Source of the DNA: Kiloniellaceae bacterium
GTDB lineage: Bacteria; Pseudomonadota; Alphaproteobacteria; Kiloniellales; J153
Assembly (NCBI GenBank): GCA_021776135.1
Contig: JAJFGL010000059.1
Coordinates: forward strand, 19,852 to 83,851
Direction of reading: 5' to 3'
DNA: 64,000 nucleotides
Each line of letters opens with the position of its first letter. Positions within the stretch are counted from its first letter, which is position 1. Both the position numbers and the translations under genes were made by a program. Shown here piece by piece: positions 28,927 to 40,836 of the stretch. A model generated the notes under the pieces. That model did no database searches. It had not been told where the DNA came from and was given only the letters and a program-made list of their open reading frames with translations.

Positions 28927-29604
28927 ATGACCTCATCCAAGGACGCCCAACTGCCGGATTTTCAGCCGACACAGCGGACCAAGATCAAGCGCCTGTTCCA
29001 GCGTGCCGTTTTCGACCGCAAGACGGTCTATGAAATTCTCGATGCCGGGCTCCTGTGCCATGTGGGTTACGTGATCGAGGGACAGCCCTATGTAACCTCG
29101 ACCGCCTATTGGCGTTTGGATGACCGGGTGTACTGGCACGGCTCCTCGGTCAGTAAGATGCTGAAGGCGGTGGAAAAAGGCATCGACGCTTGTTTCACGG
29201 TGGCGCTCATGGACGGGCTGGTCATCGCCCGCTCGGGCTTTCATTCCTCGATCAACTACCGCTCGGTGGTGGCCTTGGGCCAAGCGGAAAAAATCACCGG
29301 CGAGGCCGAAAAACTGGCGGCCTTGGAAGCCTTCGAAGGACGCCTGGCGCCGGGCCTCTGGGCCGATCAGCGCCCGGTTCACAAGCAGGAACTCAAGGCG
29401 TCAACGGTGCTCTCCATGAAGCTGGAAGAGGTCGCCTGCAAGGTGCGCACCGGCCCGCCCGGCGACGACGAGGAAGACTACGATCTCGATATCTGGGCCG
29501 GGGTGGTGCCTATAAGCACCGTCGTCGGCGCCCCAGAGGACGATCCGCGCCTGAAGGCTGGCATCCCGCAGCCGGATTATCTGAAGCAGATCAAGATCGG
29601 CTAA
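28927..29604 (+). CDS. Pyridoxamine 5'-phosphate oxidase-family FMN-binding protein
   Basis: 225 aa, with a split-barrel-like pattern LCHVGYVIEGQPYVTSTAYWRLDDRVYWHGS. Divergent from the MocR regulator, which is the typical arrangement. Confidence 0.7.
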   Translation: MTSSKDAQLPDFQPTQRTKIKRLFQRAVFDRKTVYEILDAGLLCHVGYVIEGQPYVTSTAYWRLDDRVYWHGSSVSKMLKAVEKGIDACFTVALMDGLVIARSGFHSSINYRSVVALGQAEKITGEAEKLAALEAFEGRLAPGLWADQRPVHKQELKASTVLSMKLEEVACKVRTGPPGDDEEDYDLDIWAGVVPISTVVGAPEDDPRLKAGIPQPDYLKQIKIG

Positions 29605-29783
29605 AGCGCGGGATTCCGGCGCCATCTGAACCCATAAACTTCGCTTCGCGCTTAGATCAGCGCGCATTGAGGCTAGTCGGGCCGGGCTGCAGGCTGTAAG
29701 GACAAGCTTGGGAATAGGGAACCACCGCACCCGGCGGGCCTTGAGGCGCGTCAAAGATAATGTCTAGGGAGTAAGAGGCCATC

Positions 29784-31454
29784 ATGCCCAAGAGCGATAT
29801 TGAAATAGCCCGCGAATCGACCATGAAGCCGGTCATGGAAATTGGCGCGAAGCTAGGTATACCGGCCGAGGCCCTGGTTCCTTTCGGCCATCACAAGGCC
29901 AAGATCTCGCCCGATTTCATTCACGGCCTCGAGGGCAAGCCGGACGGCAAGCTGATCCTGGTGACCGCCATCACCCCGACCCCGGCGGGCGAAGGCAAGA
30001 CCACGACCACGGTTGGCCTGGGCGACGGCCTGAACCGGATCGGCAAAAAAGCCATCATGTGCCTGCGCGAGCCCTCGCTTGGCCCCTGTTTCGGCATGAA
30101 GGGCGGGGCGGCGGGGGGCGGCTACGCCCAGGTCGTGCCCATGGAGGATATAAACCTTCACTTCACCGGCGACTTTCACGCCATCGGCATCGCCCATAAC
30201 CTGCTCTCGGCCCTGATCGACAATCACATTTACTGGGGCACGGAGCCGGCCATCGATTCCCGCCGGGTCGCCTGGAAGCGGGTCGTGGACATGAACGACC
30301 GGGCCCTGCGCTCAATCGTCAATTCCCTGGGCGGCACGGCCAACGGCTTCGCCCGCGAAGACGGTTTCGACATCGTCGTCGCCTCGGAAATCATGGCGAT
30401 CTTCTGCCTGGCCAAGGATCTGGACGACCTAACCGCGCGCCTGGGCAAGATGGTCATCGGCCAAAACCGCAAGCGCGAAGCCATCACCGCCAAGGACGTC
30501 AAGGGTCCGGGCCCCATGTCGGTGCTGCTGAAGGAGGCCATAGCCCCCAATCTGGTCCAGACCCTGGAGAACAACCCCGCCTTCGTTCATGGCGGCCCCT
30601 TCGCCAACATCGCCCACGGCTGCAATTCGGTGATCGCCACCAAGGCGGCCTTGAAGCTATGCGACTACGTGGTCACCGAGGCCGGCTTCGGCGCCGACCT
30701 GGGGGCCGAAAAGTTCTTCAACATCAAGTGCCGCAAGGCCGGTCTCAAGCCGGCGGCGACGGTCATCGTGGCGACGGTACGCGCCCTCAAGATGCACGGC
30801 GGGGTCGCCAAGGACGATCTGGGCAAGGAAGACGTCGCGGCGGTCAAGGCTGGCTGCGCCAACCTGGCCCGGCATCTGGAAAACGTCAAAAGCTTCGGCG
30901 TCCCCACGGTGGTCGCTATCAACCAGTTCAGCGCCGATACCGATGCCGAACTAGAGGCCGTGCGCGCCACCGCCGAGGGCTTCGGCGCCAAGGCCATAGT
31001 CTGCTCCCACTGGGCCAACGGCGGCGCCGGGACGGAGGAGCTGGCCCATCACGTCGCCGAGATGGCCGATTCCGGCGCCGCCTATTTCAAACCGCTTTAT
31101 CCCGACGACATGCCCCTGGTCGATAAGGTGCGCACCGTGGTCCAGAAAATATACGGCGGCGATGATATTACCTTCGACGGCGCGATCGAAAAGCGCTTCG
31201 CCGAGCTGCAAAAGGATTACGGCCACTTTCCGGTCTGCATGGCCAAGACCCAGTACAGCTTCTCGACCGACCCGGAGCTTAAAGGCGCGCCCTCGGGCTT
31301 CACCGTGCCGGTCCGTGAGCTGCGCCTCTCGGCTGGGGCCGAGTTCATCGTCGCCGTCACCGGCGCCATCATGACCATGCCCGGCCTGCCGCGCGTACCC
31401 TCGGCCAACAACATTTACCTCAACGAACAGGGTCAGATTGAAGGACTGTTTTAA
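29784..31454 (+). CDS. fhs: Formate--tetrahydrofolate ligase
   Basis: Motifs [38 protein letters not shown] and [13 protein letters not shown]. Confidence 0.95.
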   Translation: MPKSDIEIARESTMKPVMEIGAKLGIPAEALVPFGHHKAKISPDFIHGLEGKPDGKLILVTAITPTPAGEGKTTTTVGLGDGLNRIGKKAIMCLREPSLGPCFGMKGGAAGGGYAQVVPMEDINLHFTGDFHAIGIAHNLLSALIDNHIYWGTEPAIDSRRVAWKRVVDMNDRALRSIVNSLGGTANGFAREDGFDIVVASEIMAIFCLAKDLDDLTARLGKMVIGQNRKREAITAKDVKGPGPMSVLLKEAIAPNLVQTLENNPAFVHGGPFANIAHGCNSVIATKAALKLCDYVVTEAGFGADLGAEKFFNIKCRKAGLKPAATVIVATVRALKMHGGVAKDDLGKEDVAAVKAGCANLARHLENVKSFGVPTVVAINQFSADTDAELEAVRATAEGFGAKAIVCSHWANGGAGTEELAHHVAEMADSGAAYFKPLYPDDMPLVDKVRTVVQKIYGGDDITFDGAIEKRFAELQKDYGHFPVCMAKTQYSFSTDPELKGAPSGFTVPVRELRLSAGAEFIVAVTGAIMTMPGLPRVPSANNIYLNEQGQIEGLF

Positions 31455-31475
31455 GACGATTCACCCTCACCCGCC

Positions 31476-32654
31476 ATGACCCGTCACGCCGATGTGGTCA
31501 TCGCCGGGGGTGGAATCATGGGCTCCGCCATCGCCTATTTCCTGGGCGCGGACCCGGACTTCCATGGCTCCATCCTGGTGGCCGAGCGCGACCCCAGCTA
31601 CGCCACTTGCGCCACCGCCCTATCCTGGGGCGGGATCCGGCAACAGTTCTCGACCCCGGAAAACATCCGCATGTCGCTCTATGCCGCCGCGTTCCTGCGC
31701 ACGGCCGGGGAAGCCCTGGCGGTCGCGGGCGCGGCGCCGGACTTGGCCTTTCGCGAGCAGGGCTATCTGTTTTTAGCCAGCGAGTCCGGGCGGCCGGTCC
31801 TGGAAAGCAACCTGCGTCTGCAGCTTTCTCTCGGCGCCGAGGTTCAGCTTCTGGATCCCGGCGCGCTTCAATCCCGCTTCCCCTGGCTCAATATCGAGGG
31901 TATCGCCGCCGGGGCCTTCGGCCCGCGTAACGAGGGCTGGATCGACCCCAGCGCCCTCATGCACGGCTTCGCGCGTAAGGCGCGGGCCCTGGGCGCCGAG
32001 TACCTGCGCGACGAGGTTACGGGTATCGACACCGCCCAGGGCCAGGTTACGGGGATCCGCCTGGCCTCGGGCGGCGCAGTCAAGTGCGGCACGCTGGTCA
32101 ATGCAGCGGGGCCCCAGGCCGGGGCCTTGGCGGCCCTGGCCGGTGTTGAACTGCCGATCCGCCCGCGCAAGCGCACCAGCTTCGTCTTCGATTGCCGGGA
32201 GTCCTTGCCACCCCTGCCTCTGACCATAGACCCGAGCGGGGTTGCGGTGCGGCCCGAAGGCAGCCAGCACATCGCCATCGTCTCACCGCCCGAGGACCGG
32301 GATCCCGACAGCGCGGACCTGGAACCGGATCGCGATCTTTTCGAGGAAAGTATTTGGCCGGTCCTGGCGAAACGGATACCCGCCTTCGGGGCGGTTAAGG
32401 TCACCGGCGCCTGGGCCGGGCATTACGATTACAATACCTTCGACCAGAACGCGATCCTCGGGCCCCATCCCAAGTTCGGGAACTTTCTGTTCTGCAACGG
32501 CTTCAGCGGCCACGGAATTCAGCAGAGCCCGGCCGCCGGGCGCGCCCTGGCCGAATTGATCGTGCACGGCGAATATCGGGCCCTGGACCTGTCCGCCTTC
32601 GCCTTCAGCCGTATCGCGGCCGGGCGCGAGCTTAAGGAATTGAACGTGGTATGA
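31476..32654 (+). CDS. FAD-dependent oxidoreductase (DAO family)
   Basis: N-terminal Rossmann motif DVVIAGGGIMGSAIAYFL and C-terminal NGFSGHGIQQSPAAG. Confidence 0.8.
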   Translation: MTRHADVVIAGGGIMGSAIAYFLGADPDFHGSILVAERDPSYATCATALSWGGIRQQFSTPENIRMSLYAAAFLRTAGEALAVAGAAPDLAFREQGYLFLASESGRPVLESNLRLQLSLGAEVQLLDPGALQSRFPWLNIEGIAAGAFGPRNEGWIDPSALMHGFARKARALGAEYLRDEVTGIDTAQGQVTGIRLASGGAVKCGTLVNAAGPQAGALAALAGVELPIRPRKRTSFVFDCRESLPPLPLTIDPSGVAVRPEGSQHIAIVSPPEDRDPDSADLEPDRDLFEESIWPVLAKRIPAFGAVKVTGAWAGHYDYNTFDQNAILGPHPKFGNFLFCNGFSGHGIQQSPAAGRALAELIVHGEYRALDLSAFAFSRIAAGRELKELNVV

Positions 32655-32682
32655 CGGCTGCCCGCCGTGCTAGAAAATCTTC

Positions 32683-33639
<957 letters not shown>

Positions 33640-33653
33640 CGCGCTTTACCCGT

Positions 33654-36395
33654 TTACGCCAGCTTGCCGTGGCAATGCTTGTACTTCTTGCCGGTGCCGC
33701 AGGGACAGGGCGCGTTGCGCGGCACCTTGCCCCAGGTCGCGGGATTGGCGGGATCGATCTTCGCCGCCGCGCGCCGGGTTGTGGTGGGACGCGGGGGCGG
33801 GGGCGGGGTCACGCCGCCGTCTTCCTGCTCCTCACCGGCGCCCGCCGCCAGGGCGGGATCCTGGCGGGTCTCGTGCATGACTTGATCGCCGCGCGGCATC
33901 ATGACGGCTTCCGGTTCGGCGGCACGCAACTCCACCCGCGCCAGTAACATGGTCACCTCGTCGCGGACCTCGGCGAGCATGCGTTCGAATAGCTCGAAAG
34001 CCTCGCGCTTATACTCGTTCAGGGGATCGCGCTGGGCATAAGCGCGCAATACGATGCCGTGACGCAGGTGGTCGAGGGACAGAAGGTGATCCTTCCATTG
34101 CTTGTCCAGGACCATGAGCAGAATCTGCTTTTCCAACGAGCGCATAACGTCCTCGCCGTAGTTGGCCGTCTTGGCGGCCATGCGGCGGTTGACCACGTCC
34201 GTGATGCGTTCGCGGATTTCCTGGTCGGCGATGCCTTCCTCGGCTATCCAATCGGCGATTGGGAGATCGAGGCCGAAGACCCGCAGAGTCTCGGCATGAA
34301 GGCCCGGCCCGTCCCATTGCTCGGCATAGGCGCCCGCCGGGATGTGGCGGCCGACCGAATCCTCGATCAACTGTTCGCGCATGTCCAGGATCGCGTCGTG
34401 GACTTCCTTGGCGCGCATCAAGTCCTTGCGTTGCTCGTAAACCACCTTGCGCTGATCGTTCATAACGTCGTCGTACTTCAGCAGGTTCTTACGGATATCG
34501 AAGTTGCGCGCCTCGACTTTCTGCTGGGCCTTTTCCAAGGCCTTGTTGACCCAGGGATGGACGATCGCCTCGCCTTCCTGCAAACCCAGGCGGCGCAGCA
34601 TGGTGTCCATGCGCTCGGACCCGAAAATGCGCATCAGGTCGTCTTCCAGGCTGAGGAAGAAATAGGAGGCGCCGGGATCGCCCTGGCGCCCGCCCCGACC
34701 GCGCAACTGATTGTCGATACGCCGGCTTTCGTGCCGTTCGGTGCCGATAATCATCAACCCCCCGGCGGCCAGCACGACCTCGCGCGCGGCGGCGACCTCC
34801 GCCTCGATCTCTTCGATCTTTTTCGCCCGCGCGGTTTCGTCCTCGATGATGTCGGCTTCTTGCCAGGTCCGCATGTCCAGATTGCCGCCAAGCTGAATAT
34901 CGGTGCCGCGCCCGGCCATGTTGGTGGCGATGGTCACGGCGCCCGGCGTCCCCGTCTGGGCGATGATGCCGGCTTCCTGTTCGTGGTAGCGGGCGTTGAG
35001 AACCTGGTGCTTGATCTTTTTCTTTTTTAACTCCGCCGACAGGTCCTCGGACTTTTCGATCGAGACCGTGCCCACCAGCACCGGCTGTTTTCGCTCCTGG
35101 CAGTCTTGAACGACCGTGACTATGGCGTCGAACTTTTCCTTGCCGGTGCGGTAAACCTCGTCGTCGCTATCGATACGGATAGTCGGCAAGTTGGTGGGGA
35201 CTTCGATCACCTCCAACTTGTAGATGTCGAGGAATTCGGATGCCTCGGTCATGGCGGTGCCGGTCATGCCGGCGAGCTTGGGATAGAGCCGGAAATAGTT
35301 CTGGAAGGTAATCGAGGCGAGGGTCTGGTTCTCTTGCTGAATCGACGCGCCTTCCTTGGCCTCGAGCGCCTGGTGCAAGCCTTCGGAATAGCGCCGGCCT
35401 TCCATCATGCGGCCGGTGAACTCGTCGATGATGATAACCTTGCTGTCCTTGACGATGTAATCGGTGTCGCGCTGAAACAGCTTGTGCGCGCGCAGGGCCT
35501 GATTGACATGATGGACCAAACTGACGTTTTCGATATCGTATAGCGTGCCTTCGCTAAGCAGGCCGTCGCCGCGCAGCAGTTCCTCGACCTTTTCGGTGCC
35601 TTCGTCGGTTAGCGCCACCGTGCGCGCCTTTTCGTCCTTTTCGTAGTGCGCCGCTTCCAAGCGCGGAATAACCGTATTGATCTTGACGTACATTTCCGAA
35701 GAGTCTTCGACCGGCCCGGAAATGATCAGCGGCGTGCGCGCCTCGTCGATCAGGATCGAGTCCACTTCATCGACTATGGCGAAATTGAAATCCCGCTGGA
35801 CCATTTCCTCAAGCTGGAATTTCATGTTGTCGCGCAGATAGTCGAAACCGAACTCGTTATTGGTGCCATAAGTCACGTCGCAGGCGTAAGCGGCGCGGCG
35901 CTCGGGGTCGGTCAGGCCATGGACGATGCAGCCGGCCGAGAGGCCCAGGAAGCCGTAGATTTTCCCCATCCATTCGGAATCACGCTTGGCCAGGTAATCG
36001 TTGACGGTCACAACATGGACACCGCGCCCAGCCAGGCTGTTCAGATAGACGGCCAGGGTGGCGACCAGGGTTTTACCCTCGCCGGTCTTCATCTCCGCGA
36101 TCATGCCGTTGTGCAGCACCATGCCGCCCAGCAACTGAACATCGAAATGGCGCTGACCTAGGGTTCTCTTGGCGGCTTCGCGCACGGTGGCGAAGGCTTC
36201 GACCAGCATCTCGTCCAGCTCTTCGCCCTTGGCGGCACGCTGGCGGAAATCCGAGGTCCGTGCGCGCAGATCGTCGTCGCTCAGGGCCTCCAGTTCGGGC
36301 TCCAGCGCATTGATCGCCGCAACCTTGGGGCGCAAACCCTTGAGGTATCTTTCGTTCGCGGATCCGAACAGCTGCTTCGCCAGCGCGCCGAGCAT
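33654..36395 (-). CDS. secA: Preprotein translocase ATPase SecA
   Basis: [19 protein letters not shown] start, with motifs [32 protein letters not shown] and [10 protein letters not shown], and the C-terminal zinc motif [14 protein letters not shown]. The ATG at 36395 is preferred over 36449. Confidence 0.95.
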   Translation of the reverse strand: MLGALAKQLFGSANERYLKGLRPKVAAINALEPELEALSDDDLRARTSDFRQRAAKGEELDEMLVEAFATVREAAKRTLGQRHFDVQLLGGMVLHNGMIAEMKTGEGKTLVATLAVYLNSLAGRGVHVVTVNDYLAKRDSEWMGKIYGFLGLSAGCIVHGLTDPERRAAYACDVTYGTNNEFGFDYLRDNMKFQLEEMVQRDFNFAIVDEVDSILIDEARTPLIISGPVEDSSEMYVKINTVIPRLEAAHYEKDEKARTVALTDEGTEKVEELLRGDGLLSEGTLYDIENVSLVHHVNQALRAHKLFQRDTDYIVKDSKVIIIDEFTGRMMEGRRYSEGLHQALEAKEGASIQQENQTLASITFQNYFRLYPKLAGMTGTAMTEASEFLDIYKLEVIEVPTNLPTIRIDSDDEVYRTGKEKFDAIVTVVQDCQERKQPVLVGTVSIEKSEDLSAELKKKKIKHQVLNARYHEQEAGIIAQTGTPGAVTIATNMAGRGTDIQLGGNLDMRTWQEADIIEDETARAKKIEEIEAEVAAAREVVLAAGGLMIIGTERHESRRIDNQLRGRGGRQGDPGASYFFLSLEDDLMRIFGSERMDTMLRRLGLQEGEAIVHPWVNKALEKAQQKVEARNFDIRKNLLKYDDVMNDQRKVVYEQRKDLMRAKEVHDAILDMREQLIEDSVGRHIPAGAYAEQWDGPGLHAETLRVFGLDLPIADWIAEEGIADQEIRERITDVVNRRMAAKTANYGEDVMRSLEKQILLMVLDKQWKDHLLSLDHLRHGIVLRAYAQRDPLNEYKREAFELFERMLAEVRDEVTMLLARVELRAAEPEAVMMPRGDQVMHETRQDPALAAGAGEEQEDGGVTPPPPPRPTTTRRAAAKIDPANPATWGKVPRNAPCPCGTGKKYKHCHGKLA

Positions 36396-36626
36396 GGGGT
36401 GCCTCAAGATGGGATTTAAGGGCAGGAAAACGTTGGCTTTCCCGGTCACACATAGGGGTCCGAAGCCTATCTGTCAACGCCGTGCCCACCCATGGCGGCT
36501 CTCATGGCGGGAGGCCCGGCGGGCGGTCTTGCGCCCCTGGTCCCAGCATGCAGAATGCGGTCTAATCCAGGCTTGGCGGCGGTGTTACGCTCGAACGGGC
36601 CGGAAACAATTTTCAGGGAGATATTC

Positions 36627-37511
36627 ATGCCCTTGCCCCATTCGCTTCAGGGCGTTACCCGCCGGACCGGCTTCGCCCTCGCCGCTTTAACCCTCGCCAC
36701 GGCCGCGTTGGCGGTCCCCCTTGCCGTAACCGCGCAAACCAGCGGCGCGGACGACGCGGTTGTGGCGCGCGTCAATGGCGAGGAAATTCTCCGCTCCGAG
36801 GTTTTCGTTTTGGCGCAGAGCCTGCCGCCGCAATATCAATCTCAATTAGCCCAGATTTATCCGCTTCTGGTCCAGCGCCTGGTCGATTTCAGACTTGCCT
36901 ACGCGGCCGGGATGGCCGACGGGCTGGCCAACGACCAGGAGGTCAAGACCCGCCTGGCGGAGGCGGAAAAGCGCGTGATCCGCGATATCTGGATTGAGCG
37001 CGCGGTCACCGCCTTGACCACGGACAACGCGCTTCAAGACAGCTACACCGCTTACCTGGCCGCCAACCCGCCACAGACGGAGCTTAGCGCCCGGCATATT
37101 CTTTTGGAGAACGAGGAAGCGGCGCGCGATATCATCGCCAAGCTCAACAGCGGCGGCGACTTCGCGGAACTGGCCAAGGAACACTCAACCGGACCTTCGG
37201 GCCCTAGGGGCGGCGATCTGGGAACCTTCACCGCCGATCAGATGGTGCCGGAATTTTCCACCGCCGCCCAGGCGCTGGAGCCAGGCCAGTATTCCAAGGA
37301 TCCGGTCAAGACCCAGTTCGGCTGGCATATCATAAAGCTTGAAGACCGGAGCGAGACGGCGCCGCCCAGTTTCGAGGACATGGAGGCCCAATTGCGCCAG
37401 GAACTGGCCGGCGCCAATGTCGAAACCGTGCTCAGCGGTCTGCGAGGATCGGCGGAGATCGAGATTACCGAGGACGGATCCAGCCTGGCGCCCGGCGCCG
37501 CCGCTCAGTAA
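36627..37511 (+). CDS. Periplasmic peptidyl-prolyl cis-trans isomerase (parvulin/PpiC type, SurA/PrsA-like)
   Basis: Signal-like N-terminus and parvulin domain ARHILLENEEAARDII...GGDLGTF...FGWHIIKLEDR. Confidence 0.85.
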   Translation: MPLPHSLQGVTRRTGFALAALTLATAALAVPLAVTAQTSGADDAVVARVNGEEILRSEVFVLAQSLPPQYQSQLAQIYPLLVQRLVDFRLAYAAGMADGLANDQEVKTRLAEAEKRVIRDIWIERAVTALTTDNALQDSYTAYLAANPPQTELSARHILLENEEAARDIIAKLNSGGDFAELAKEHSTGPSGPRGGDLGTFTADQMVPEFSTAAQALEPGQYSKDPVKTQFGWHIIKLEDRSETAPPSFEDMEAQLRQELAGANVETVLSGLRGSAEIEITEDGSSLAPGAAAQ

Positions 37512-37516
37512 CCGCC

Positions 37517-38761
37517 ATGTCCCAGGAGGGCCTAGAAGTCTCTCCCTTGGCGCCCGCCGCCTTTCCCAATCTGCCGCGAGTCGCCGGAGTGGGCCTGGCC
37601 ACCGCCGCCTGCGGGGTGCGCTATCAAGGGCGCGACGATGTTTGCCTGCTTGCCTTGGCGCCGGGAACCGCCGTCGCCGGGGTCTTGACCCAATCGCAGA
37701 CCGCTTCGGCCCCGGTGCTTTGGTGCCGGCGGGCGCTCAAGGGCGGACGCGGGCGGGCCATCGTGGTCAATGCCGGCAACGCCAACGCCTTCACCGGCGC
37801 GCACGGGCTGGCTGCGGTCGAACGCACGGTGCAAGCCACCGCCGATATCCTGGGCGCCAAGAAGACGGAGGTCTATATCGCCTCCACCGGCGTGATCGGG
37901 GAGCGCCTCTCGGACGATCGGATCACGGCGGCCCTGCGCGGGCTCAAGGCCGGGCTCCATGGCGGCGCCTGGGCGGCGGCGGCCAAGGCCATCATGACCA
38001 CGGACACCTACCCCAAGGGCGCCACGCGCACGGCGGAAATCGGCGGCGTGACTGTGACCCTCAACGGCATCGCCAAGGGCTCCGGTATGATCGCGCCCGA
38101 CATGGCGACCATGCTGTCGTTCCTGGCCACCGACGCCAAGATTCCGGCCAAGACCCTGCAAGCCTTGCTGACGCGCGGCGCGGGGGACAGCTTCAACGCC
38201 ATCACGGTCGATAGCGATACCTCGACCAGCGATACCCTGCTGCTGTGCGCGACCGGCCAAGCCAAACACAAGCGCGTGTCCGGCGGCCCCGGCGATCCCT
38301 TGCTCAAGTCGTTCAAGGCGGCGCTGTTCGATCTCTTGCGCGACCTGGCCCATCAGGTGGTGCGCGACGGCGAGGGCGCCCGCAAGTTCGTGACCATCGC
38401 CGTGACCGGTGCCGCCTCGAAGCGCGCCGCGCGGCGTATCGGCCTCTCGATCGCCAACTCGCCCCTGGTCAAGACCGCCATCGCGGGCCAGGATCCGAAC
38501 TGGGGCCGCATCGTCATGGCCATCGGCAAGGCGGGGGAGAAGGCCGACCGCGACCGCCTGGCGATCCGCATCGGCGGTATCGAGGTCGCCCGCGACGGTC
38601 TGGTGGTGCCCGGCTACGACGAAACCCCGGTCGCCCGGCACATGAAGGGCCAGGACATTTCCATCGAGACCGATGTCGGCGTCGGCCGGGGCGCCGCCAC
38701 GGTCTGGACCTGCGACCTGACCCACGCCTATATCGACATCAATGCCGACTACCGATCCTGA
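37517..38761 (+). CDS. argJ: Bifunctional glutamate N-acetyltransferase / amino-acid acetyltransferase
   Basis: GKGSGMIAPDMATMLSFLATDA autoprocessing site (ATML), NAITVDSDTSTSDT and DPNWGRI. Confidence 0.95.
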   Translation: MSQEGLEVSPLAPAAFPNLPRVAGVGLATAACGVRYQGRDDVCLLALAPGTAVAGVLTQSQTASAPVLWCRRALKGGRGRAIVVNAGNANAFTGAHGLAAVERTVQATADILGAKKTEVYIASTGVIGERLSDDRITAALRGLKAGLHGGAWAAAAKAIMTTDTYPKGATRTAEIGGVTVTLNGIAKGSGMIAPDMATMLSFLATDAKIPAKTLQALLTRGAGDSFNAITVDSDTSTSDTLLLCATGQAKHKRVSGGPGDPLLKSFKAALFDLLRDLAHQVVRDGEGARKFVTIAVTGAASKRAARRIGLSIANSPLVKTAIAGQDPNWGRIVMAIGKAGEKADRDRLAIRIGGIEVARDGLVVPGYDETPVARHMKGQDISIETDVGVGRGAATVWTCDLTHAYIDINADYRS

Positions 38762-39212
38762 CGCTACGGACGAGGGCTGCTGGGGCGCCGGAGCGCGCGC
38801 GGTTGCCACCGCCAAGCCCATGTTGCTGGTCGGCGCCGTGGCCTTGATCGATGGGGATGGCCGGGTGCTGCTGGCCAAGCGGCCCGGGGGCAAGTCCATG
38901 GCCGGCCTGTGGGAATTTCCCGGCGGCAAGGTCCAGGATGGGGAAACGCCGGAACAGGCCGTGGTGCGCGAGCTGCAAGAGGAGCTTGGCATCGACACCC
39001 GGCAAAGCTGTCTGGCGCCCATCGGCTTCGCCTCCCATGGCTATACCGATTTTCACCTGCTCATGCCGCTGTACGTGTGCCGTACCTGGCGCGGCACGCC
39101 CAGCGGGCGCGAGGGACAAGAGCTAAAGTGGGTCCGTCCCATGCGGCTCGGCGACTACGACATGCCGCCCGCCGACGCGCCCCTGGTGCCCCTGCTGCGC
39201 GATTTGCTTTAG
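38742..39212 (+). CDS. mutT: Nudix hydrolase, MutT-type 8-oxo-dGTP diphosphatase
   Basis: Nudix box GLWEFPGGKVQDGETPEQAVVRELQEELGI. The long start overlaps argJ by 20 nt; an alternative ATG lies at 38820. Confidence 0.8.
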   Translation: MPTTDPDATDEGCWGAGARAVATAKPMLLVGAVALIDGDGRVLLAKRPGGKSMAGLWEFPGGKVQDGETPEQAVVRELQEELGIDTRQSCLAPIGFASHGYTDFHLLMPLYVCRTWRGTPSGREGQELKWVRPMRLGDYDMPPADAPLVPLLRDLL

Positions 39213-39228
39213 GACGCCCGGAAATTCC

Positions 39229-39696
39229 ATGACCATCACCATCGAAAAAGTGGAAAACCCGACAAATGAGGTGCGGAGCCTGCTCTTAGAGTTGGACCGG
39301 GACTTAACCGGCTCCTACTCGGACGATCAGCAGCACGCCCTATCGTTGGAAGACTTGTTTCAACCCGGCGTTCATTTCTTTCTCGCCCGCCTGAAAGGTG
39401 CCGCGGCAGGCTGCGGTGGCGTCGCTATTTATGACGAATATGCCGAAATGAAGCGCATGTATAGCCAGCCCTCGGCACGCGGCAGCGGTGTTGCATTAGC
39501 ATTGCTGAACGAAATGGAGACCGCTACCCGGCACGCCGGGATCGCGTACTTGCGGCTAGAGACCGGAGTCTACCAGCACGCGGCCATCAAGTTTTACGAG
39601 CGCAACGGATTCAGGTCGTGTGGGCCATTCGGCCCTTATGCCGCCATGCGCACGCACGCTATAGAGCTCAGCGCCTTTTACGAAAAATCTCTCTGA
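39229..39696 (+). CDS. GNAT-family N-acetyltransferase
   Basis: Acetyl-CoA binding region MKRMYSQPSARGSGVALALL and FYERNGF. Confidence 0.8.
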   Translation: MTITIEKVENPTNEVRSLLLELDRDLTGSYSDDQQHALSLEDLFQPGVHFFLARLKGAAAGCGGVAIYDEYAEMKRMYSQPSARGSGVALALLNEMETATRHAGIAYLRLETGVYQHAAIKFYERNGFRSCGPFGPYAAMRTHAIELSAFYEKSL

Positions 39697-39707
39697 ATTG
39701 TAAATTC

Positions 39708-40166
39708 TTACTGCAGCACCTTGGGCCAGTTCCCGTCGGCCTTGACGATGAAGCCGGGGATGTCCTTTTCCCAGCGGGTTTGAATGCCCTTGCTGTAATT
39801 CAGGTAGAGCTTGCCGTCCACCACACTCCAAGCCTCGGGATCAGTCGAGGCGGTATAGCCTTGGGACACGGCCCAGGCGCAATAACCGCCGTACTGGGGC
39901 GCATAGGTTTCAGGCTTCGCCTTGAAGGCCGCGAGGTTGCCTCGGTTGGCGAAACGCCAGGTCGCGCCGTTCCACTCATATTCGAAGTCGCCACTACCCT
40001 CGACCGGCTTGCCCTCGGTGAAATAGGCGACCGGATCGTAGCCGCTGACCGCCAGACTGCTGAAGGTGCCGGTGTAAACGCTGTCTTTGGCGGCGAAAGC
40101 GGCGGGCGCCTGGAACATCAACGCGGCAGGCAACAGCAGGGCGATGAGAAGACGTCGTATGGACAT
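39708..40166 (-). CDS. Secreted YHS-domain protein
   Basis: Signal peptide, then repeated pattern GYDPVAYF..GKPVEG...W.GA.WRFAN..N...F...PE.YAPQYGGYCAWAV. Confidence 0.75.
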   Translation of the reverse strand: MSIRRLLIALLLPAALMFQAPAAFAAKDSVYTGTFSSLAVSGYDPVAYFTEGKPVEGSGDFEYEWNGATWRFANRGNLAAFKAKPETYAPQYGGYCAWAVSQGYTASTDPEAWSVVDGKLYLNYSKGIQTRWEKDIPGFIVKADGNWPKVLQ

Positions 40167-40343
40167 GGCGGCTTATCCTTTTTGGACTCTGGGGCCCATC
40201 ATACCTAAGCAGGAATTATCCCGAATTCGTCCCGGCGCTATCACATCTTGGTGAGGGCCGATGCGCCCGGCGCGATCCTCAATCCTGTCCGGCTATTCAC
40301 CCACGGGCTTTGTCGGCAACGTGTCATGACATAAACTCAGGTC

Positions 40344-40832
40344 ATGCAGGTTATTGTTGTCTTCCAGATCCTGGTCCTTCTGGCCCTGGCGAACGGCGCG
40401 CCCGTTATCGCGAAGAAGGTCTTGGGAAACCGATTTTCCTATCCCCTCGATTGTGGCATCCGCTTCGTCGATGGCCGGCCGCTGTTCGGACCTTCCAAGA
40501 CGCTACGCGGTCTCGCCTTCGCGCTTGTTGTCACCACTGGTTTGGCGCCCCTGATCGGTCTTGACCTGAAAACCGGGGCGGTCGTCGGAGCGGCCGCCAT
40601 GATCGGCGATCTATTTTCCAGCTTCTTGAAACGCCGCATGAATCTTCCGGCCAGCAGCCAGGCGCTCGGTCTCGATCAAGTGCCGGAATCGTTGCTCCCA
40701 CTTCTCGCCTGCCGAGAGGCGCTCTCTTTGACTGCTATCGACATCGCGGCGGCCGTTGCAGTATTTTTCGTCGGCGAACTCTTGCTATCCCGCCTGCTCT
40801 ACAAACTCCGCATCCGAGATCGTCCATACTAA
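40344..40832 (+). CDS. CDP-archaeol synthase family (CarS/DUF46-like) integral membrane protein
   Basis: 162 aa with about 5 TM spans. N-terminal ANGAPVIAKK...G.RFVDGRPLFG.SKT.RG and later FSSFLKRR resemble the CTP-transferase-like CarS family (recalled from memory). Confidence 0.55.
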   Translation: MQVIVVFQILVLLALANGAPVIAKKVLGNRFSYPLDCGIRFVDGRPLFGPSKTLRGLAFALVVTTGLAPLIGLDLKTGAVVGAAAMIGDLFSSFLKRRMNLPASSQALGLDQVPESLLPLLACREALSLTAIDIAAAVAVFFVGELLLSRLLYKLRIRDRPY

Positions 40833-40836
40833 GAGG

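Noticed and set aside
29605-29783. Possible ZTP (pfl) or folate-type riboswitch in the 179-nt leader of fhs
   Set aside because: fhs is a classic ZTP-riboswitch target, and the leader contains GGGAACCACCG. However, I cannot find the conserved 3' CCGCCTGGGC pseudoknot partner or the GGGTCGTGAC-like 5' block. A covariance-model scan (RF01750, and the THF-II/folE motif) would settle it.
39708-40166. Possible selenoprotein form of the YHS-domain protein
   Set aside because: The ORF is uninterrupted and has Cys in the GGYCAW motif. There is no in-frame TGA, so no Sec recoding needs to be invoked.
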